Positions 1 to 12,700 of a DNA stretch of 64,000 bases are shown piece by piece; position 1 is the stretch's first letter; every line of letters starts with the position of its first letter. This DNA comes from Podarcis vaucheri (taxonomy: Eukaryota), in the NCBI GenBank assembly GCA_965113315.1, contig OZ220369.1; one strand, given 5' to 3'. Under the pieces are notes generated by a model. That model made no database searches, was not told the origin of the DNA, and saw nothing but the letters and a program-made list of their open reading frames with translations. Both the position numbers and the translations under genes were made by a program.

Positions 1-171
1 GGGGGCTGCAAAGAGGAATGTGAAAGGCTGTGGTGGTTGCCCACCTGTGGATTATAAGCTAGGATCTTAAGGCTGCAAAGAGTAGAACAGTAATAATGCA
101 GGCTCCATTGTGGAGTATATGCCTTGCATTACATACACAAGGTATAACTGTTTTTAATGGTAGAGTGCCCA

Positions 172-290
172 ACCAGCTTTCCCATCTGGTGTGCTTCCAG
201 GTAGTTTGGGTTTCAACTCCCATCATCCTTGTTGGGCTGATGGGACTGGAATCAAACACAGCAGAAGGACGCCGGTTTGGGGAAGGTCTG
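172..290. mobile_element. Short palindromic MITE (hAT-like, squamate)
   Basis: Internal inverted core aactcccatc...gatgggact. Related copies at about 14260-14370, 18180-18300, 19690-19755, 41985-42098, 45230-45330, 54050-54175 and 61895-61978. Confidence 0.6.
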
Positions 291-396
291 CCCTACAGGG
301 ACCCTATGAACCCAGAGAAAGTGAAAGTAGGAAACTTTTACTGCTAGCATTACTACAGAAAGGCCTTTTTTTGTCCCAATTTACCAACAAAATTTG

Positions 397-3300
397 CTAT
401 TTCTGCTGGGCTTTGACTTGATTATCAGGCAGGAGTGGCTTTCCCAGATGCTGGCCAGTTGTCAGCCCATATTTTTTATCTTCTTGCTGTTCCTGGACCT
501 CTTTCTTCAGAAGAAAGCCCCCAGCAAAGCTCAAATCAAAGTTGTTGCTTGGGGCAAAGCTGAGGGGCGTCTCCTCCCAGATAGTGGCCAATCTCTTCTT
601 CCACATCTCCAGGATTTGGGAGCGGGCCTCTGGTGGTGTATGGCCAATACTGAAAGCGATCTGGGGTGCCAAGACTTGGAAACCACAGAAATGGAGAGTG
701 CCACTCTGGGGAGTAGGAAGAAAGAACATTTGCAAATCAAATACATATTCAAATAGTGCAGGAGGAATGTAATTAGAACAAGTTCAGGACCAACAAAGAG
801 ATCTATAGTGACATTTCCAGTACAGTATATGTTTTTGTTACCATACTAAATGTCTGCTATGACATTTTTACTCATTTTAAAAACCTAAAATTTGTCTACA
901 ACTTTGCACACAAGGGATGTGGGCTTTCTGCTAGGATTCAGTAAACTGCAGCTCTTGAAAAAACAGTCATCTCGCCAAGTGGTTGGTATGCAGGATTGTA
1001 AACCTCTGGATTACACAAAGGTTCTCAAACCAGACAAGTACAGGAACCTGTAAGAATTCTGTGTAAGGCAGAAGCTTGCACCATCTACTTAAGTATTACA
1101 CCTTTTAATAATAATTTTTAAACTCTCTTAGAAATAGCTATGGGTTTGACAATAAATGTTGCCTTGTTACCTGTATTGGCCAAAGAAGGATGTTGATGTC
1201 CCCATTGATGCCTTCAGGGGTGTACATGGAGCCCATCCCACCAGTGGTGAAGGAAAGTAGAGTCTTCTTATTCTGTAAGTAACCAAGTATGAGTTATGCT
1301 TTACACAGCAGCTGAGACACTGTCATGCAGAGAGCAACTAGTGAACAAGGGTCATTTTGCAGAGTATTGTGAAAGCCCAGCTGATCATCATCTTGCCACA
1401 ATATGGAGGAAAGGAACTGCACCTTCTCTGTCCCACAGAACACCCTTCTCTAAAATACCAAGAGGCAGGGTCATTGTCAGAATCCTCTGTCTTTTCCCAC
1501 TACCACCAGAGTCTGCCATATTGTTTCATGCAGAGCACCAAAAAGGCTGACTGCAGGGCTCAAATGCACAACAGACAGGCTGCAGCTACTGGCCAGTTGG
1601 AGAGAATGAAAGGTGGTGGCGGCTACAGCAGCAGCAAGACTTCACTCCCACCAAATCCCCACTGCATACCTACCTTGAAGGGCCCCTGGTCATACATGGC
1701 ACTGTAGGAGTAGGCAAATCCACCAGTGAGGACACGCTCATACCACCCTTTCAAGATGGCCGGGACACCAAACCACTGGAGAGGGAACTGCAACAGAAGC
1801 AGAGCCATAGGATAAGGGTTGAGGCCCTTGTTGCACATTCATTTCATGGTACTTTAGAGTCCAGGTACCATTCCCAAAAAGCTCTTCAGTGCCCATGGCA
1901 TTCCCTTAGAACCACTAGTTCCAGAACTTTGTTCCAATGTCAAGCTCTAGCAGGTGGAGTCTCCTTCTTTGGAGGTCTTTAAGCAGAGGCTTGACAACCA
2001 TGTGTCAGGAGTGCTCTGATGGTGTTTCCTGCTTGGCAGGGGGTTGGACTCGATGGCCCTTGTGGTCTCTTCCAACTCTATGATTCTATGATTCAGGGGG
2101 TTAGAAGCATATTGTTTCCCCCCTGTGAAGTACAGGCCCTATGTGGACAATTTCCATGTTTGCCAGAATCCAATTTTTAAAGCCTGAGCTTTAAAAGTGT
2201 TGCTCCGACCCTCTTTACTGAATTAGGACTTCCTAAATTTGCCTCTCCAGAGTTCATGGTCAGCAAGATTCATGGCCAAAATTCACACTCAGGTCAAACA
2301 CTACAAGCCTTCTTGCCTAAGGCAAGAAGAGGCTTATGATGCAGGTGAAAAGTCACCCCCCTCTAAATCCCCTCCCAGGAAGCCGGTGCCCATCTATGAT
2401 AGTTGGAGAAGGGCTGTAGAAGGGGTAGACTCATGCCTGAAAACCTGGAGAAACAGTTCACTTAAACAACCCTAGGCTTGATGGACCAGGTGGTCTGACT
2501 CCTTAGCGTCCTATGATCTGGGAACCACCTGGAAGATGACAAGATCGGCAGCGTCCAGCTTTTTTTGCTCCTCTACGATGTCCCTGCTCAGGCGGCCTTC
2601 TTTCCATGCCAGCCCCGTTTCGGCCGGGTAGCTGAAGTGCTGCGGGTCCTTCGGCTTGCCTGAGGGAGGGGGAGAGGGGGAAGGGTGGGTCCAGGCACGC
2701 AGGCGAGGCGGAGCCTCTGGGGGCTCCGGGAAAGGAGCGGCAAAAGGTCCCGGGTACTCGCCCCGACGACAGTTCCTCCAGGCAGGAAGGCTGGGGAAAG
2801 CGCCCCCTCCCAGCCACCCAGCCGAGCTGGCGCCGCCGCCGCCAATCTGTGCAAACACACCTAGCGGACCGAGAGGGACCCAGAGACCTATGTACCGGTG
2901 ACGTCGTCCCGGGAGAGGACCGGGTTGAAGCGCATGGCGTAGAGATCCGAGACGGTCACCTTCCACCCACTCTTCTGCAGCGCCTCGACAGCCGCCTCTT
3001 TCATGGCATAGTTGAAGGATGTCCGCTCCGGGTGGGCCAGCACGATCAGCGCCTGCCGAGCTGCAAGGAGAGCAGGAGGGCAGAGCCTGGCAAGGCAAGG
3101 CGCCTCGGGCGGCCAAAGCTCCGGGACTGCAACAGAGGCGGACAGACTCCCGCCTCGGCGCCTCCCACCACTGGGCAGCGCAGCCTCGCAGGCCCCTGCC
3201 TGCCTTTCGGGGGCCCGCCAGGTGGGCGCCACCCGCCTCCTTGCAAGTTGCTGCCGGCGCTGCGGCAGGGCCTCGGGGAACCCGAGGGGAGACGCTCTCG

Positions 3301-3481
3301 AGGCGGGAAAGGACTCCTGCAGGGGGAGCCTGTGCCTTGGAGACTCGACTCGATCCCACCCACCCACCCCCGTCCTTCCTCTTTTCGACCTGCCCGCTTG
3401 GCTCCGCGAGGCAGCCTGATGCGCATTTCAGGGCCCACCAGAGTAAGGCTGGGCCGAGGAGACGAGCTACTTACCAGCCAT
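397..3481 (-). CDS. NQO1: NAD(P)H:quinone oxidoreductase 1 (DT-diaphorase), 6 coding exons, 275 aa
   Basis: Exons on minus strand: 3475-3481 (ATG GCT G|gtaagt), 2896-3060, 2529-2659, 1674-1787, 1171-1272, 397-705 (TAG). All introns GT-AG; total 828 nt. Translation has [62 protein letters not shown] and the C-terminal extension (FLLKKEVQ...GQHLGK) that NQO2 lacks. Confidence 0.97.
1954..2094 (+). mobile_element. CR1 LINE 3' end (5'-truncated) in NQO1 intron 3
   Basis: gtggagtctccttctttggaggtctttaagcagagg...gggggttggactcgatggccc...ccaactctatgattctatgattc; ends in the CR1 (ATTCTATG)n terminal repeat. Confidence 0.85.
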
Positions 3482-3800
3482 GGCGATGCAAGCCGGGCAG
3501 CAGTTGAACTAAGCCGTCGGCGCCGCGGGTCTTATAAGAGGCGGAGGAGGCGGCGCGGATTTGCTGAGTCACTGGGGCGGGGAAACCACACTCCGGCCAG
3601 ACCCAGCATGTTGCCTCTTGGTGCCCCGAGGGGAAGGCTTCGCCCCGAGGGAGACTGCCTCTGTATCGCGAAACTCATGACCAGGAGCCATCGAGAGCCC
3701 ATGCACTTCTCCCTTAATTTGGCAGCTCTCCATCTAAAGACACGCCTCCGGCCCAGCATCCCGCTTTCTCCCCGTGACCAACCACCAGATGTCCGAAAAG
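2540..3800. promoter_or_regulatory. CpG island over NQO1 promoter and exons 1-3
   Basis: Visibly GC- and CpG-dense relative to the flanks; boundaries judged by eye. Confidence 0.75.
3531..3582 (-). promoter_or_regulatory. NQO1 core promoter: TATA box, antioxidant response element (ARE) with embedded AP-1, GC box
   Basis: Minus strand reads CCCCGCCCC (3574-3582), AGTGACTCAGCAAATC (3558-3573; ARE consensus RTGACnnnGCA), then TATAAG (3531-3536), about 50 nt upstream of the ATG. Confidence 0.85.
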
Positions 3801-5249
3801 GAAGACGCAAAACCTCCTGTCATCTGTGCCACTGGCATTCAGAGATAGACGCTGAAGGGTCCATTTAGCTGTCATGCTGTTAGGGGCAAGCGTCCACTCG
3901 TAGCCCTCCCAGGGGAGACTGGTGACAATGCTTAATACAGTAGCTTCATTTCCAACATGGGTGTAGCCAGGATTTGGGGGGGGGGGGCAGGACCGACACC
4001 CAGCTTGCCCATGGTTTCCAACGTGAAATGTGCCCTTTTCATTGATGCAGTCCCAGCTTGTGGCTCTAGCCAAGGCAACACCCCAGACAGAATTTATCTC
4101 ACTGGAAAGCAGATAAAAGGGCACCAGAGTATGCCATGCTGCTTCACCTGCCCATTTGCTGGCAGAAAGCAGAGAAAAACTGACGATAGGAAGCCTTCTG
4201 CAAAGTGAACCTGGAACACCTGACATAGTGCAAATGAAATACATGAACCCAGCCTTGTACTCTGCCTTTCCTTAATTCTGCATGACTCCCGACCCCTGCT
4301 GCAAATGAAGACACAAGCCCCAGCCCTGCCTCAGCTGCCTTCTCTGGAAAACATACATTGAAAAGGTGGAGAAATTGCCCTTCTAGCACCTCTTAATAAG
4401 AGTCATTGAAGTGTTTGCAAACTGGCCACAGCACAGGCAACCGAGGTACTTCATTTGGTCCAGGATGGGGCAAAGGTGAGTACCAGGGTAGATGCTTTAG
4501 AAGGTGTGTGCAGATGGCAGCTTTGGGGAAGGATCAGTGCTTGCCAAGGACTCCTCCCATTCTGGATCTCTTACTGTATTAGCAGATCCGTGTGGCAGGC
4601 CTGCACAATTTAACCCCCTCCCCTGCAAAAAAAAGAAGAAAAATAAAGCACCTTGCTAGTTGAAGATACCCATGTTGGTTCAGTGCTGAAGTGTTAAGCC
4701 ATGCTGCTAGAAATATGCAGTTTGAACTTGTCTTTGGTGATGAAATTACAGAATGTGAATTTTACGAGAATCACCCACAGGCTTCTAGCTAGGCATTCTT
4801 GCTGGTGGCTTTTGACATCTCAGCAGCCCTTCCCTTGCCCACAGCATTTTGGGGAAGGACTTTTAGCTCTTTTTTTGAAATGAGCAGAATCCCTCAATTA
4901 TTGAATGAAGGCTATCCCTAAGTTAGTGGTACATACAGTACAAGAATGAATGTAAAAAATCCTACATTAGTGCAAAGACTTAAGTCTAGAGATGGGCATT
5001 CATTCTGGAGGATATGGCATTTTCATTCAATGAAAATTGAACTGTAGACAATGCAAAAACCCATTTAAATACTAGTTGTGAAAAAAGCTGCTGTTAATCC
5101 TCTTCAGAGGCACCAAATAGCCTAGTCAGTTAGTGTTTGAATCTGTACCTTTTGTGACATCTGATGATGTGCAGCTATTCTTATATACGAAGTCAGACCG
5201 TTGGTCCTTCAAGCCTAGCAGTATTTACTCTGCAGGGTGTAAGGACAAA

Positions 5250-5546
5250 AGATGAGGCTGCTGGATCAGGTCAGTGAGCCATCTAGTCCCGCATCCTGTT
5301 CTCATAGTGCCCAACCAGATGCCTGCAAGCTGGACATGAGTGCAACAAGCACTTTCCCCACTTCTGGTTTTCAGAGGCACGATAATGCAGGTACAATATA
5401 GCCATTGATAGCCTTCTCCTCCACGAATTTGTCTAATCCTCATTTAATGCCATCCAAGTTGGTGGCAATCATTGCCTCTTGTGAAAGCTAATTCCACAGT
5501 TTAACTATGCGCCGTGTGGAGAAGTCTTTTCCTTTGTCTGTCCTAA
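5250..5546 (-). mobile_element. CR1 LINE 3' fragment
   Basis: ctgctggatcagg...catctagtcc...catcctgttctca...ttccacagtttaactatgc is the reverse complement of the CR1 3' end seen at 33240-33556; same family as 22075-22870. Confidence 0.7.
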
Positions 5547-6630
5547 AACGACAGTCAGGGCATGTATCCACAGCAGTGAGCAGAGGAGAAATGACCGCTG
5601 AGAGGGGTGCAGAGAGAAGAAATGTCATGGTGCCTCTGCTGTACCACAAGCAGACATTTTCATCTGCCCCTGCTGCAACAAAACATGTTTCTTCTGCATT
5701 GGTCTCTACACCCAAAGTGCTGCAACTCTCCCGCAGTTTGATTTTACCCAAAGGTGCCCTTTCCCATTGTCTCCCAAGACAGACGATGCCAACAACGTAT
5801 TTTCCGCCACCCATCCACTGCATCATTCATCAAGCTCTTTGTACAGCTCATACTGCTTGGATCTTTGGAGGGAGAAATTACCAATGAAAAAATGGGAGCA
5901 TGTGAAATAGTAAGCACATGAAAGAATTAGCTCTTGCTCTTGCTGCCACAATGGGGAGAAGGCTAGGCAAATACACAAAGCCTTACCAGCTCAGGCTCCT
6001 ATCAAGGGACTACTGGACTGCTGGCATTGACAACAGGCAAATGGTATCCAAAGCAATCAGAGAGAACTAGGACTCTTTAAGGGGGTCCCCAGGGCCCTAG
6101 ATGTTGCTGTAGTCCTTAGTCCAGTCATAAACAAAGGAGAACAAACATGCTAATTAAACTCCAAGCAGGCCAAGTGCTTTGCTAAGAGGTATCTCTGTGC
6201 TCGGTGTGGCACTTGGGTCCTCACAACCACATTGAATCAGTTTCCTGTGAGGCTACTGGTGTTCCCCAACAGCCTCTGGGTGCCACTACAAAGAATCCTG
6301 TGGACAGTATTTGGAAGTAGTAAAATGATTTCAGGCTGTACCAAACTAGCTTCTGTTGCTGACCATGGCTATCTTCTATATCAGTACTGTAATGGGATGG
6401 ATCCAGAGGCAGCAATGTCACATGAATTTTGGGCAATGGTCATTTCTCTGAATGCTCTGCTCTGTGGCAAGATCACACACTTCCTGGGAGTATTTTCAAT
6501 ACATATGGGAATTCATATTAATTAATTAGTAGAATACAATTCCAATAGGAAGCAGCAGTGTCTGCTTTTGGCGAAAGGTATATGGGAACAGGTAAAAGAT
6601 AAAAGTACAAATCACCAAACTTTGCTAAAA

Positions 6631-6656
6631 GTGTGTGTGTGTGTGTGTGTGTGTGT
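6631..6656. repeat. (GT)n microsatellite
   Basis: Direct read, about 13 GT units. Confidence 0.95.
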
Positions 6657-7792
6657 AAGCCACTCGTTTATTAAGTCCTAGCCACCAAGGGCAGGTGTTT
6701 GGTGTTTGCACGGCAGATTCAGAACAAAGCAAGCAGGCTAGGCGTGCCTATGAAGTTGGCAACTGCCTCCCTAGAAGATGGCAAAGAATGTTTTTGACAG
6801 CCCTTTCATTCAAGTTGCAAATGCCCAGATTAACTTTGTGTGGTGCCAGGGTGGGGCACTGTTAGCGACTTAACTAGAGCTATGCAAGGACTGGGCAGGG
6901 CCCTTTGTTTGCACTAGAAATCTATCTAATCAAATTTCATTTACTAGTCAGTTTTGCTCCCAGGTATATAGTGGGCCTTTGTTGCATGCTGGGGCATAGT
7001 TAGGAGGAATGGAACAGGGGCCAGTCTGCAGCAAACTGGCTGTTAACCTTTCCTCTACAAGGAAAAGGCTTGTTAAGTGCAAGGAGGATTTGCTGTAGCC
7101 CAAGGCAGGAAACAGTAGAAAATGTGACACAACTTGTCTTGCAAGAGGACCCACCAGAGGGCTGGGGGAGAACACCTGCGGCTCTCTCTGTGAGTAGGAC
7201 GTGGCCTTATGGAGTTGCCACCAGCTCATTGCCAGGCATTTTTGCAGTTTTTTGTGACATTCCTGCAGTTGTCCTTCTCATGGCTCTTTAACCCCTTTTC
7301 ACAAAAGAGAAAAGATTTTAGGCAACCTATTGCCATATGTTTTGACAATAGTGGAAGTGATCTTTTGAGATAAACGGAGGCCTATTCCCCAGCATAGGTA
7401 TTTAGACCAAAAATTAAACAGGCTTTTACAGGTTCCTACTCTTATTAGCCCACATGGATGTGTGTTTTGGGGTTAATCAGCTATTGGGCTGTAAACTTTC
7501 CTGTTTTTGCTTTGAACAGCCACTTCTGAGGAAGAGCTTTGTGGAACTCAAAAGTTTGCAGCCAGCAATGTGATAGAAGACAGTCAAAGAGCAGTGCTTC
7601 CTCTCTAGCCATCCCAACCAGCTCACTGTATGGCTGAAGACCTGGTAGAAAAAGACCAAGGCTTGTGCTCTTGACTACTACAAGGGAAAGACCACCTTCC
7701 GCTCATGGGAGAAAAGGGGTGTAGTTGTCAGGAAAGGGACAAGCTAAACCACAAGGAGCTGTGCACAGACACCAAATGTGCAGACACCCTGG

Positions 7793-7956
7793 TTTATTAA
7801 AAAAACAAAACATGCAGCCACCGCTGCTGAGTCTTTTGCATTAGAATGCACCCAAGACCTGAGCGCAGCACATGGATTCTGCCACACGAGGGCCACTCTC
7901 ACTTTCCAGATCACTTGGCAGTCTGCCTCCCACCTTCCTGCTGCTTGCCCTTTATT
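7793..7956 (-). terminator. Candidate NOB1 polyadenylation signals (two AATAAA)
   Basis: tttatt on plus strand at 7951-7956 and 7793-7798, about 140 and 295 nt after the NOB1 stop. Confidence 0.55.
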
Positions 7957-8092
7957 CACACTAGTGTCTGTTGCCTTGGAAGCAGTCAGGAAGTAGAGCT
8001 AAGGCTGCCTTCACACAAGCTGTAGGAAACAAAAGACTTGTCCTCCCTTCATTGACAAGTGGGACAGGTGAGTGGTTGCATCTCTCCCCACC

Positions 8093-9677
8093 TCATCTCT
8101 TTTTCACAAATTTTTTGGAGGCTGTGTTGGGGTTCAGACGCCTCCTGCCTGCACCCAGCGCCGTATCCCGGATCTGTAGGTTGGCCGCCCGGCTGTAGAT
8201 GTCGTTTTCCGCAAATGGAGAAACTCCTGCAATATAATCGGGGTCAAAGACGTTTGTCTTCTGCCTGGCCTTGCGGGAGAGCCGTTGCTGGGGGAAGTGC
8301 TGGTCCTCTGTCAGGTGGGGATTGTTTGCGTGCTTCCCACCCTGAGGAGCTGGAAGAGAGTACTGTGGAAAGAAAGAGGCACACAGTGAAGCCAAAAGGC
8401 CCAATGCACCCTGCCCCACACCCCTGACAGGGAGAGGCATCTCACACTTGACTTTCATCCTTGTTGTATTTTTTCCAAGTTACGGTTTTACATTTTTACT
8501 TACAGTGGTATCCAATCCACTCATGGTCGTAGCATGAGGAGTGACTGCTGCACAACGGACACCCCCACATCTTCTCCCCCCATAATCTGTTATGGGGTTC
8601 CCTCAACTCTTTGGAGAAGATTTGGGAAGGCGTAGGACACATGCAGGGGGAAACTTTGCTGCACAATCATAAATCGTTGTACTAGTGGAACAAGTTCCTT
8701 AAAGCTACACTGGATAGCACTGGCCACATAACTTTTGCCATTGGGAGGAAATAAATAAGCCCAGAGAAGATTCTTCTGCTGGCCCCAGAGGCCATCATGG
8801 CCTGCTGCAGACTCTTACTTCTTGCCTCAGGTGCTCAGCTGGGAGCACAGGCAGCCAACAGAGATGACAACAAGCGCAGAAAGCCCATAAGAGCACTGGA
8901 GCCCAGAGCAGAGCTGCTCACCCGGAGGCCACGGGGGTTCAAGACCTTGGGATTCCTGGAAAAATGCATGTGGATGGTGCCATCGTCGTCCACGCTCACC
9001 GCCACCTTCTTAAGTGTCTTGTTCCCGCAGTGGGGGCAGAAGAGCCGGGTCATTTCTGATGTGGTTCTGGAGGAAAGCAGAGAAGCCAGTCAGTGGCTTG
9101 ACAACCTTGGCAGCAGCCCATTGCCCAAGCCCAGGGGGCATCTCCTGAATACGGCTAGACACAGGCCCAGCTGTTGCCCGTATGCCAGAGATTGCAGCCC
9201 AGCCACCAACTCATCACATACTTGAAGCAGCCGTGGCAGCGCAGGACGTAGCTCCGGGTGTGCCGGATCAGCATGCCATTGACTGCCAACACATGCAGGC
9301 CCATCTGCAGCAGGATGTTCTGTGGGAAAGAGACCAGAGAAGGGGAGGGGAGCCAATCAGCACCTTTGATGCTGGTGCAGGGCAAGTCCCTCTCAACAGA
9401 CTTTGGATACTCCATAGGCTGGGGTCTTGGAAAGGGCTGGAGCTAAAATAAGACAATGCTTGCTCTCCTTTTTAAAAAACACAAAATGCTGGCTTTGGAA
9501 GTTTGCTCTTCTTTTACTGCTGGGCTGACCAAGCTTCTCCAGTTGAAAGAGAGCCCCCAGTTTCCTCTCCTTCAGGTCTGCCAGGTTGCCAAACTCGGAG
9601 CACAAAGCGCTGCTTCCCCTCTCCCCTTCCTGTTTTTGTCCCACTGCCTGTTTGCCTTCAATCCACCTCCTGGAGCT

Positions 9678-9717
<40 letters not shown>

Positions 9718-12700
9718 CCTCTGCTCTACACCTGGCCGCTTCCATTCCCTCTTCTCAGCTTCCTGCTGCCACCCAAGTCACCCCTTGCTGCTCATGAGCC
9801 AACCTTTCTGTCCCTCCTATTCTCATCATGTTCTTCCAACATAGACCATAAAACCTCTGCTGGGCCTCCAGGCAGCTGCAGCAGGCACAAGAATGTAGCA
9901 GGAGGCTTACAAAGATGAAAGGGTAAGCATACATCCTTCTCCCTCCCCTCAAGCCCTGGGGACCACCTGGTCTCACACAGCCCACACTTGCCTGCATGGC
10001 AAAGTCGGTGGTGACACAGCCAACCTGCACACCAGCTGGCTCATCAGCCTGGCCCATGCCCTGTTGGATCTGCTTGATGTTGCTAGGCGTGATCCAGCCT
10101 TCCTCGTCATCGCTGTCCTCTCCACTCTGCTCCTCCTCCTCACCACTACTCTTGTTGCCTTTGGGGTCCTCCGGCAGAATAACAACAGCATCCGCTTTCT
10201 GCGAGAAACAGACCAATTGGAAGAGGATCTACTGAGCACGGAACCTTCCCAGGCTGCGGAGATGAAGGCGGTGCCCGTGTCCCAGTGAGGCAGGAAGAAA
10301 GGAAAGAATGCTAGACTTCTTACCAGCAAGTCCTGTAGGTCCTCCTCAATGCTGGGCAGAGGGTTCCTCCAGAACAGGAAGGAGCCAAACTCAGAGGTTT
10401 CAGGGCCTGTGGAGTCTGCAGAGTTTCTGCTTCCCACCACGGAAGGACTCTTCTCACCTCCTGGGCACTTTGTCTAGAAGAAAAGTTGGGCAGAAGAAAA
10501 GCTGACATGTATGAATTGCCAGAAGAAACAGTCATATAGAAGCTCCAAATTGCTTACACTGACTGGCAGCAATGGCTCTCTGGGGTGTTTACCTGGAGAT
10601 GCTGACTGGGATTGAACCTGGGACCTTTTGCAGGCAAAGCAGGTGCTCCACCACTGAGTGATTTGGCCATCCTCCATGGCCCTCTTAGAAAAGCCGTGTG
10701 TGGCTACCTCTTCCTTTAGGTTTCTGGTAGATGCCGAATGGTCACTGGATCCTCACACAAGCCAAGGAGGAGATGCTGCCTATCAAGGACTCCCAGCGCA
10801 AGGGCTCAACTGGCACACCTGGTCATTCCCAGATTACACCCCGTGCAACCAGGAGGAGGGGAGGGGCAGTGAGTCACCAAGGTGTGCTACCCTCTGCTCA
10901 TACTCCTTCCATGAATAGTGGGGCAGAGTTTCAGACTGCTCACAGAGGCAATTACCTTGGAAGGTAGATGGAAGCCAGCAACGTGAACAGGTGTCTCAGG
11001 GTGCTGCTTTGTTGAGCTGAGTTTTACCTGCAAGGATCCAGGGTGGGGAGAGAAAAGAAAGTAGGATGTGGGTCAGGTAGGGCATATTGTTGATTTTTGC
11101 AGCAGCAGCTGCCTCACAAAACCTACCATCCCAGAGTCTGGTCACCTTTTGAACAGCAATGGCAAGAAGAATGGCATTCAAGACACAGCAGAGCATAGGA
11201 CAGGATTCAGGCAGTGCATAATCAGCCTGTCTGGCGTTTGCAGCAGCAGGAAACAGACAAAGACAAAACATAGGTTGCTAACACATGCAGCTGGTGGCAA
11301 GAGTGTCTTGCATTCACATGGAACTGGATTGCCCCCTCCTACTGGATAGGAAGAATATTGCAACAAGGGGCCTCCTAGATCAGCCACAGAGGGAGCTGAC
11401 TTCCCTCCTCACTGGCAGAAAGAACCCTTTTCAATTGCCCTGGGAGTGCACAGCTGAAAGGAAGGAGCAAATGCTGACATCAGCCAGGGGAACAAGGGCT
11501 GCAGGGTCATTTACAGCATCTCTATCCAAGCAAGGAAATATTATCTTGGCCTCAACTAGATAGTAATGCCTGTGCCCACCCCACCACTTGGTTCCTGGCA
11601 TTAGCCATCTGGTCAAACCCCCCCCCCCCCACTTCCCTAATTTCCCCTTCTCTTGTTTGTCTTGTTTTTTAAAGTGTGTAAGCCTAAGGGCAGGACCTCT
11701 CTCTGTCTGTCTTTTAATTAATGTGAGTTGTTTGGAAGAAAACATTTGCCTAAAAAGCAGGATACAAAACCAACATCATAGTAAATAAATATTTTGCTGG
11801 AAAAGACCCCTTCAAAAGAGAAATAATAAAAGAAGGAAGATCCACCTTCTGCTCTGGCTCTTTCTTCAAGTGAGCCACACCAACATTTTCTGCTTCCAGC
11901 TGGTAGGTCAAGGCCAGGACTTGGATGTCTGTGGCTGAAAGACTGGGGTAGTCACCCGTCTTCTTGGAAAACTCCGTCACTAGAAACAAAGGGAGGATTT
12001 CAGTGTTCAAGTCCAGAGGCAAAACTAGGAAATCACAACTGGTCATGAGAAAAAGTGCTTCTCTAATTCCAGAGGGCACCAGGAAAACACATCTAAGAGC
12101 AAGTAACAATGAAGCAATTGTAGGTGATCAACTTGATTTCTACTCCTGACCGTGTGTGCGTGTGTATGTGTATCACATGTTAGTTGGGGTTATAGTCAAC
12201 AAAGCCCCACCCAGAGTAGATCAATTGAAATTAATGAAAGTAAGTCATTAATCTCGATGGGTCTACCCTGAGTAGGACTAGAATTGAATACCACCCTTTG
12301 CTCTCCAGTCAAGAGCTCAAAGTTACTTACAAAAAGAAAAAGGCAAGTCATGGAAGAGGGGATGGGGTGGGAGAGGGGCAGGAAGCATAGACCACGAAGC
12401 AGAGGCTACTCACCAAGCCTTACATATTCAGGAAAAGGCTGCTTGAAGTGGAGCTCATAGGGCAGCACTGCCAACCGCCTGCGGGTCTCCTTGTCTCGGA
12501 TCTCAGTCACCACCTCTCGGATTGTGTAGATGTTCTTGCCAATGTCCTGCCAGCGGGGAAGACACAGCTGAGAGCTGTTGCAAATGGGTCAGGAACCTGA
12601 GGGCTGGAAGGGAGCTGGGCCGGGGGGGAGGGCGGGCGGGCGGGCAACTAGGTTAGGGAAGAGAGATGCAGACCTAGAGCCACACCTCTCCTCACACTCC

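Noticed and set aside
153-342. NQO1 poly(A) signal candidates (ATTAAA at 153-158, AGTAAA near 337-342, minus strand)
   Set aside because: Both are variant hexamers, a MITE lies between them, and the true 3' end may lie outside the window.
3738-3748. Possible AhR xenobiotic response element (GCGTG core) upstream of NQO1
   Set aside because: Only the 5-bp core matches (AGGCGTG rather than T/GnGCGTG), which is expected by chance in GC-rich DNA.
2511-3868. Long ORFs of 282 aa (-) and 339 aa (+) over the NQO1 5' end
   Set aside because: Stop-poor GC-rich CpG island; low-complexity Pro/Arg/Gly translations with no recognisable domain. The only real coding parts are NQO1 exons 1-3.
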